DNA from: Candidatus Heimdallarchaeota archaeon
GTDB taxonomy: Archaea; Asgardarchaeota; Heimdallarchaeia; Heimdallarchaeales; Heimdallarchaeaceae
Assembly: GCA_019057375.1 (NCBI GenBank)
Contig: DXJF01000076.1
Location: 1-13,493 of the forward strand
Reading direction: 5' to 3'
Length of the DNA: 13,493 bases
Of this stretch, positions 8,158 to 13,493 are shown in pieces. Numbering within the stretch: position 1 is the first letter of the stretch; the number at the start of each line of letters is the position of its first letter. The position numbers were made by a program, and so were the translations under genes. The notes below the pieces were generated by a model. The model made no database searches. It worked only from the letters and a program-made list of their open reading frames with translations, and was not told the DNA's origin.

Positions 8158-10047
8158 TTAGGATAGATCTAACTCTAGTTTCTCTAATGGTTGAAATAGC
8201 TCGATTCCTGTTCTTTCTTTAACCCAACTAATTATGTGCTGATATAGTTTATTGTAATCAAATTCCTTATTCTCATTCTTTCCTGGTATAACTAATTGAT
8301 GTCTCTCTCCAATTTCAATGGCTTTCTCATATCCTGCTGCTGCATGCCTTAAGACTGCACTCATTGGATCCCAGGTAAGTACTCGGAATAATCTTTCTTG
8401 CGAAAGCTTAGTTCCATCAGCTATAATTACTTGTCCTGCATGAAGAGAATATCCTACTCCTACTCCTCCCCCACCATGATATGAAACCCAAGTAGCTCCA
8501 CCCAATGCGTTCCCCATCAGATTTAGAACAGGATAATCTCCAATAGCATCACTGCCATCTTTCATGCCTTCAGTTTCTCTGTTGGGGGACGCAACGCTAC
8601 CTCCATCAAGATGATCTCTTCCAATCACAACAGGAGCTTTTAGAATTCCTTCTGCTACGAGCTTGTTCATTAGCATTCCAAAAGCTGCTCGTCCAATAAA
8701 TCCTGCCCAAAAGACTCTAGCTGGTAATCCATCTTCAAATGGGATATATTTGTCTGCTAACTCTAACCAATTCACTAATTGTTTGTCATCATAAAATAAC
8801 TTCTTTGCATAGTCATCAGTTGTCCTAATATCTTGGGGGTCGTTACTCAAAGCCATCCATCTGAATGGTCCTTTTCCTTCACAGAAAAGTGGTCTAACAT
8901 ACTCTAGTACAAATCCTCCGTAATCAAAGGCATCTTTCACACCCAATTCATAGGCTTGTTGTCTTATGTTATTACCATAATCAAATGTTTCTGATCCTCG
9001 CTTGTTTAGCTCAACCATTTGACTTACATGACGAACAACCGTCTTTCTAGATTGTTCGATATATTCTTCAGGACTTTCAACTCTTAGAATATCTGCCTCA
9101 TCATAGGAAATACCCATAGGGTAATAACCATTTAACAAATCATGTGCTGATGTTTGATCAGTTAGAACATGAGGAGTGATATTATTGTCAACAAGATACT
9201 GTAGAAGGTCAACAGCATTGCATAAAACTCCTATAGAAATAGATTGATTTTTAGCTGCAGCTTCTTTTGCAATTCTTATTGCTTCTTCAATAGATTCAGT
9301 TTTATGATCAAGATAAGGTACTCCTTGATCTCTTCCTGTGTTATACATTCGATCTATTAGATTAGGATTTACTTCAGCAACTATTGCGATTTTACCACAC
9401 ATTTTGATTGATAGGGGTTGTGCTCCACTCATTAAACCTAAACCCGCGCTAACAATTAGCTTTTTCTCAAAATTAGATAATTTTTGATAAGCATCTTTCT
9501 TTTCTGCAGTTTTTATAGCAGCTGCAATTGTTTCATAAGTTCCTTGAATAATGCCTTGCAATCCTATGAATATAAACGAACCAGCTGTCATTTGTCCATA
9601 GACAGATAATCCTGAAGCAACAAATTCTTCAAAGTTCGATGCCCAATGAGGAACAATAACGCTGTTTGTAATAACACATCTGGGTGACCAGCGTGTTGTT
9701 TGCATCTTACCATAAGGAACACCAGATTGCAAAAATAATGTTTCATTTGGTTCTAAATTTTTTAAGAGATCAATGGTCTCATAGAAGGATTTCCAGTCTC
9801 TAGCTACTTTACCAGAACCACCATAGATGTATAATGATTCCCAATCTCTACCATTATGCAGATTAGATATCATTGCTCTGATAATAGCTTCAGTCTCCCA
9901 TCCTGCCCTTGTACTAGGTTTCAAAGCCTCTTCTCCTCTTGGAAGGGAGGGAATTACATCAGGTTTGAAGTCTAGCTTTAAGCGTTCTTCCTCAGATAAT
10001 CGATTTTTTCCTGAAATGATTTCTTCCATCTTATTTCTATAATCCAT
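8158..10047 (-). CDS. hutU: Urocanate hydratase (urocanase)
   Basis: IYGG, YGQMTAGSF, QGIIQGTYET, DQTSAHD, FDYGNNIR, GPFRW, GRDHLD, SPNRETEGMKDGSDA, ATWVSYHGGGGVG and RHAAAGY motifs. GTGA SD at 10055-10052. Confidence 0.93.
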   Translation of the reverse strand: MDYRNKMEEIISGKNRLSEEERLKLDFKPDVIPSLPRGEEALKPSTRAGWETEAIIRAMISNLHNGRDWESLYIYGGSGKVARDWKSFYETIDLLKNLEPNETLFLQSGVPYGKMQTTRWSPRCVITNSVIVPHWASNFEEFVASGLSVYGQMTAGSFIFIGLQGIIQGTYETIAAAIKTAEKKDAYQKLSNFEKKLIVSAGLGLMSGAQPLSIKMCGKIAIVAEVNPNLIDRMYNTGRDQGVPYLDHKTESIEEAIRIAKEAAAKNQSISIGVLCNAVDLLQYLVDNNITPHVLTDQTSAHDLLNGYYPMGISYDEADILRVESPEEYIEQSRKTVVRHVSQMVELNKRGSETFDYGNNIRQQAYELGVKDAFDYGGFVLEYVRPLFCEGKGPFRWMALSNDPQDIRTTDDYAKKLFYDDKQLVNWLELADKYIPFEDGLPARVFWAGFIGRAAFGMLMNKLVAEGILKAPVVIGRDHLDGGSVASPNRETEGMKDGSDAIGDYPVLNLMGNALGGATWVSYHGGGGVGVGYSLHAGQVIIADGTKLSQERLFRVLTWDPMSAVLRHAAAGYEKAIEIGERHQLVIPGKNENKEFDYNKLYQHIISWVKERTGIELFQPLEKLELDLS

Positions 10048-10232
10048 AGATTCACTTTACCTTCTCTCTAATTTAAAAGAAATATAGCTATCAAAAATTT
10101 TTCTCTTTGAAGCTAAAATTATTGTTCTTCAATTAAAAGAAATAGAAGTGCCTTTGGAAGCTTTTAAAAGATAAAGGTTCAAGGTAAACTTACCACTTAA
10201 AACATTCAACTTAAGGAATATCTGTGATTATC

Positions 10233-10928
10233 ATGAGTTCTGAAATTAAAATCATTTTGGACAAAATATCAGGTGAAGGAAGGCATATTCTTACTTATGA
10301 AGAATCAAGGACAGTAATGAAACTTGCTGGTTTGCCATTAAACAAAATGTGTTTTGCAAAAAATCTAGATGAATGTTTTGCAAAAGCAAATGAAATAGGA
10401 TATCCTGTGGTTTTGAAGATAATATCAAAAGATGTAATTCATAAATCTGATTCAGGAGGAGTTAAAATTGGGATTTCTTCAGATGGTGAATTAAGAAAAT
10501 CATATAATGAGATGCTGACTAGTGTTAAGAACCATTATCCATCAGCTGAAATTGAAGGTTTTAGCATTGAAGAGATGGTTGAAGGAGTGGAACTTCTTAT
10601 TGGAACTAATACGGATGATCAGTTTGGTAAAATGATTGCTCTGGGAATAGGAGGGATTTTTGTTGAAATCTATAAGGATGTAACATTCCGTTTAATTCCT
10701 ATAACTGAAAAGGATGTTAGAGACATGATAGAGGAAATTCAGGGTAAGAAAGTATTAGACGGTTATCGTGGATTACCTCAAGTTGACTTGTCGGAACTGA
10801 GTAATTTTGTGATAAATGTTTCAAAGATTATTGAAGAAAATAAGGTAATAAAGGAAATGGACTTGAATCCTGTTGTAGCAACTAAGGAAGGATTGAAGGC
10901 AATCGATGCTCGAATAATTCTAGGATGA
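10233..10928 (+). CDS. acdB: ADP-forming acetyl/acyl-CoA synthetase beta subunit (ATP-grasp)
   Basis: IGYPVVLKIISKDVIHKSDSGGVK (phospho-His HKSD motif), GVELLIG, DDQFG, GIGGIFVEIYKDV and EMDLNPV...IDARI. ATG 10233 is preferred over GTG 10224 because GTGAT at 10224-10228 sits at SD distance. Confidence 0.9.
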   Translation: MSSEIKIILDKISGEGRHILTYEESRTVMKLAGLPLNKMCFAKNLDECFAKANEIGYPVVLKIISKDVIHKSDSGGVKIGISSDGELRKSYNEMLTSVKNHYPSAEIEGFSIEEMVEGVELLIGTNTDDQFGKMIALGIGGIFVEIYKDVTFRLIPITEKDVRDMIEEIQGKKVLDGYRGLPQVDLSELSNFVINVSKIIEENKVIKEMDLNPVVATKEGLKAIDARIILG

Positions 10929-10995
10929 ATTCTTATCTCCAAATGATAAATCAAATACTTTTTAATATCTTGAAAAAAGGAAACTTGGTGATATC

Positions 10996-11268
10996 ATGTC
11001 CAAAGTAAAAGCAAGTCACATTCTCGTTAAAAAAAGATCGGAAGCTATTCGAATACTTGATGAAATAAAAGCTGGAACTGATTTTGCAGAACTAGCAAAA
11101 AAGCATTCAATTTGCTCCTCAGGAAAGAAAGGAGGAAGTTTAGGATTCTTCACTAGAGGACAGATGGTAAAGGAATTTGAAAAAACAGCGTTTTCATTAG
11201 CAAAAGGAGAACTCTCAGGTCTAGTAAAAACAGAATTTGGTTATCATATAATAAAACGAACTGGTTAA
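10996..11268 (+). CDS. ppiC: Single-domain parvulin-type peptidyl-prolyl cis-trans isomerase
   Basis: [36 protein letters not shown] and TEFGYHIIK motifs in 90 aa. GGTGAT SD at 10987-10992 and TTTTTAAT box at 10959-10966. Confidence 0.93.
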   Translation: MSKVKASHILVKKRSEAIRILDEIKAGTDFAELAKKHSICSSGKKGGSLGFFTRGQMVKEFEKTAFSLAKGELSGLVKTEFGYHIIKRTG

Positions 11269-11272
11269 TCAC

Positions 11273-11285
11273 TTTTTTTCTTTTT
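11273..11285 (+). terminator. Oligo-T archaeal terminator after the parvulin gene
   Basis: T7-C-T5 tract 4 nt after the TAA at 11266-11268. Confidence 0.55.
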
Positions 11286-11287
11286 GC

Positions 11288-11345
11288 AAGAGAGAAATAT
11301 TTATATTTGGTTTGGTGTGTGTAAATATGGCACACACGAAGTGAT
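11288..11345 (+). promoter_or_regulatory. pdo promoter: BRE/TATA, palindrome and SD
   Basis: Purine run AAGAGAGAAA (11288-11297), TTTATA (11300-11305), GTGTGTG-N9-CACACAC (11315-11337) and GTGAT (11341-11345) before ATG 11350. Confidence 0.55.
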
Positions 11346-11349
11346 TAAA

Positions 11350-12009
11350 ATGTCAGTAGATGTTGACGATAATATCAAAAGGCAAGTTAAAGAGATTTTC
11401 CAACACATGGAAAACCAAGTTACTGCTAAGTTATTTGTAGATAAAGAGAAGTGTTTGACATGTGCTCAAACAAAAGAAATCATGGAATTGCTAGCGGAAC
11501 TCGCTCCTGACAACATGATTAAGGTTGAACTTTTTAATAAGGAAGAAAATCCTCCTGAAATTCAAAAATATAACATTGAACGATTTCCAACGATTATATT
11601 GCATGGAAAAGAAGAGCATAATGTTGTGTTTACTGGAATTCCAAGTGGTTATGAGTTTGGTTCATTGGTGGAAGATATATTAGATATCTCGGCAGGAAAG
11701 ATTACTCTAAAACAAGAGAATTTAGAGAAAATTCAAAAGATTGACAAGCCAATGAAGATTCAAGTCTTTGTAACACCTACTTGTCCTTATTGCCCAGCTG
11801 CCGTTAGATTAGCTCATAAAGCAGCAATGGCAAATCCAAATATTTATGGTGAGATGGTTGAAGCTACTGAATTTCCATTGCTTTCCCAGAAATATTTCGT
11901 AATGGGCGTTCCAAAAACTGTGATTAATCAAGGAGAAGTTCAGTTTGAAGGATCTTATCCTGAGGATAATTTTGTAGAAAAATTGATGGAAGCTTATGAA
12001 AAAGCTTAA
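11350..12009 (+). CDS. pdo: Protein disulfide oxidoreductase (two thioredoxin folds, archaeal PDO / AhpF-NTD-like)
   Basis: Two CXXC motifs (CLTC, CPYC), FPTIIL, GIPSGYEFGSLVEDI, VFVTPTCPYCP and VMGVPKTVIN. ATG 11350 has a GTGAT SD and gives 219 aa. The ORF-track start at 11284 runs through the promoter and terminator region. Confidence 0.92.
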   Translation: MSVDVDDNIKRQVKEIFQHMENQVTAKLFVDKEKCLTCAQTKEIMELLAELAPDNMIKVELFNKEENPPEIQKYNIERFPTIILHGKEEHNVVFTGIPSGYEFGSLVEDILDISAGKITLKQENLEKIQKIDKPMKIQVFVTPTCPYCPAAVRLAHKAAMANPNIYGEMVEATEFPLLSQKYFVMGVPKTVINQGEVQFEGSYPEDNFVEKLMEAYEKA

Positions 12010-12035
12010 TTTCTCCTTCCTTCTATTCTTTTTTT
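12010..12035 (+). terminator. Pyrimidine / oligo-T terminator after pdo
   Basis: TTTCTCCTTCCTTCTATTC followed by T7 immediately after the stop codon. Confidence 0.5.
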
Positions 12036-12042
12036 GTGAAAA

Positions 12043-13155
12043 TTAATCATCTTGAATAATTTCACTTGGATCTTGTAATTCTTCTTCTTCAGCTGCTTCT
12101 GATTCTGGTTCCTCTGGTTTTGGTTCCTCTGGTTCTGGTTCCTCTGGCTTTGGTTTCTTTGGTTTTGGTTCCTCTGGCTTTGGTTTCTTTGGTTTTGGTT
12201 CCTCTGGTTCTTGAACAATTTCTGGTTCTTCAGCTTCCTCGACTTCATCTGGCAGCTTAATTTCTTCTGGTTCTTCAGCCTCTTCTATGTCCTCTTCCTC
12301 TTCTTTTTCGAATCGTTTCTTATCCTTATGGAGCTTTTTGAGATTTTGTTCAACGATATCAATGACTGTCTTTTTCTGCATTTCTACTTCATTTAATTTC
12401 ATTTTCACTTCTTCTTCTGAAAGAATCTTCTTTACTGTTTTATCATCTGCGACATCTATTGATTTTACGTAATCTTTAATCAAATTCAATCTCATACTTA
12501 ATGATTTGAAAGATTCGTGATCATCAACTGCGGTTATTTGATTTGGTAAACCTTGCAGTTCTAGAAGATATTGTTGTAGTTGAAAAGCATAATTTTCTAG
12601 TTTATCTATCATTTGGAATACTTTTTTGTTAAGTTCCTTTTCTTCCATATCAGCTTTTGTTACTCTAGTTTTTCTATCTTCTTTATCTGTGAAGAAAAGA
12701 ACATGTACTTTTCCGTAAATAAATAAGAAGAAAGGTAAAGCAAACATCATCACAAAAATTGGAACAAAATTGATTAGGTAAATTGTTACTAGGCTTGGTA
12801 AACCTTGATATTGAGTGAAAAGTGGAAGTAGAGCTTGTTCAAAAGCTGGAATTGTTTCATTGAGAATTATGGTGATGGCTCCATAAAACAGAACTACAGG
12901 TATCGAAATACCTAATGATTTCAATAGAGGAATCATCATGTTGAAGGTAGTTTCTATCGAAACCTCATCTTTATACTGGTACAAACATTCCGTAACTGCT
13001 ATTAATGCCACAAGAAAGGCTAAAGGAATCTCAAAGATTGCTAGAATTAAAACATTCATTCCAAAAACAGGTATAAGAAGAACACTAAATATTGTTCCAA
13101 CAATAAGTGCGAAAATACTTTGATTAAGATTTCGAGACATTCTTACATGTGGCAT
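12043..13155 (-). CDS. Hypothetical membrane protein: about 4 N-terminal TM helices, a helical/coiled-coil region and an acidic Pro/Glu/Lys repeat tail
   Basis: 370-aa open frame with hydrophobic segments in the first ~155 aa, a charged helical middle and a low-complexity C-terminus (EPEEPKPKKPKPEEP...). The start may be ATG 13140. No family recognised. Confidence 0.8.
   Translation of the reverse strand: MPHVRMSRNLNQSIFALIVGTIFSVLLIPVFGMNVLILAIFEIPLAFLVALIAVTECLYQYKDEVSIETTFNMMIPLLKSLGISIPVVLFYGAITIILNETIPAFEQALLPLFTQYQGLPSLVTIYLINFVPIFVMMFALPFFLFIYGKVHVLFFTDKEDRKTRVTKADMEEKELNKKVFQMIDKLENYAFQLQQYLLELQGLPNQITAVDDHESFKSLSMRLNLIKDYVKSIDVADDKTVKKILSEEEVKMKLNEVEMQKKTVIDIVEQNLKKLHKDKKRFEKEEEEDIEEAEEPEEIKLPDEVEEAEEPEIVQEPEEPKPKKPKPEEPKPKKPKPEEPEPEEPKPEEPESEAAEEEELQDPSEIIQDD
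12106..12210. repeat. Coding tandem repeat, 7 x 15 bp
   Basis: Units of TGGTT(C/T)CT(C/T)TGG(T/C)T(T/C) start at 12106, 12121, 12136, 12151, 12166, 12181 and 12196. Segment 12136-12165 is duplicated exactly at 12166-12195. Confidence 0.95.
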
Positions 13156-13192
13156 AATTACTACTAGGCATAGATTCTAAAAAAAGGTTTTC

Positions 13193-13304
13193 CATGTTGC
13201 AAGATTATGTGCATTAATATTGGAAGCACAATCAGTTCTCACTCCAACACAAGTTAAGGATATACTCTCAATCACAGCAACTATTATGGTTCTAAGGTGT
13301 TGAC
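13193..13304 (+). pseudogene. Degenerate C-terminal remnant of a subtilisin-like (S8) peptidase gene
   Basis: The + frame from 13193 reads HVARLCALILEAQSVLTPTQVKDILSITAT, matching the S8 helix-turn-helix after the catalytic Ser ((P)HVAGxxALLLEAxPxLTPxQVKxILxxTA). A shifted YGS..VD at 13285-13304 resembles the YGxGxVD motif. There is an in-frame TAA at 13178-13180 and no GTSMA motif. Confidence 0.65.
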
Positions 13305-13493
13305 ATGTGTTTAATACCCTTTTGAAAGCTCACTATCTTACATGTAGGTGAATAAGACCTCCCACACATGAAAGATTGTACTCATTAATGTATAACCCTT
13401 TGATACAAAAAAACTAATCTTGAGATGATTATTGTTTTGTTTGTTTCTTAAATATTTGAAGTTTTGGGGGAAGATGTTTATAGATAAGAACAT

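Noticed and set aside
12106-12210. CRISPR array
   Set aside because: The units are contiguous with no unique spacers, keep frame, and lie within a CDS. No cas genes are present.
12006-12472. Plus-strand ORFs with NQRNQ, LVPL or poly-hydrophobic repeats (12006-12248, 12066-12260, 12211-12396, 12287-12472)
   Set aside because: Antisense shadows of the E/P/K repeat tail of the minus-strand membrane protein. The striking periodicity comes from the same 15-bp repeat.
13141-13345. 10-bp direct repeat TCTTACATGT (13141-13150, 13336-13345) as a target-site duplication flanking the S8 remnant
   Set aside because: Short repeats of this size are expected by chance in AT-rich DNA, and there are no terminal inverted repeats or transposase traces.
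13304-13370. Structured ncRNA (CATGTGT...ACACATG with inner short stems)
   Set aside because: The stems are short and mutually competing, with no similarity to an RNA family I recognise.
13338-13493. Minus-strand 51-codon frame open to the window edge
   Set aside because: No recognisable motif and composition like intergenic DNA. It cannot be evaluated without flanking sequence.

Overview
AT-rich, densely coding window with no mobile element, CRISPR array or RNA gene that I can support. GTGA(T) ribosome-binding sites, TATA boxes, oligo-T terminators, a two-CXXC protein disulfide oxidoreductase and a stand-alone ADP-forming acyl-CoA synthetase beta subunit indicate an archaeon. Asgard (Heimdall/Loki-like) is plausible but is inference only. 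Most genes fit peptide and amino-acid catabolism plus redox and folding: a partial gcvT-like gene missed by the ORF track, tyrosine phenol-lyase, a serine beta-lactamase-like hydrolase, a surface-anchored legumain/C13 cysteine peptidase, an agmatinase-family enzyme, a CoA-disulfide reductase/NADH oxidase-type flavoprotein, urocanate hydratase, acdB, parvulin, pdo, and an unknown membrane protein with a 15-bp tandem-repeat tail. Three observations stand out. (1) An otherwise intact tyrosine phenol-lyase frame is interrupted by a single in-frame TGA at 1351-1353. (2) The C13 peptidase has GPI8/PIG-K-like type I membrane topology but lacks the legumain NYRH motif. (3) A decayed subtilase (S8) C-terminal remnant lies in the apparently non-coding right end.
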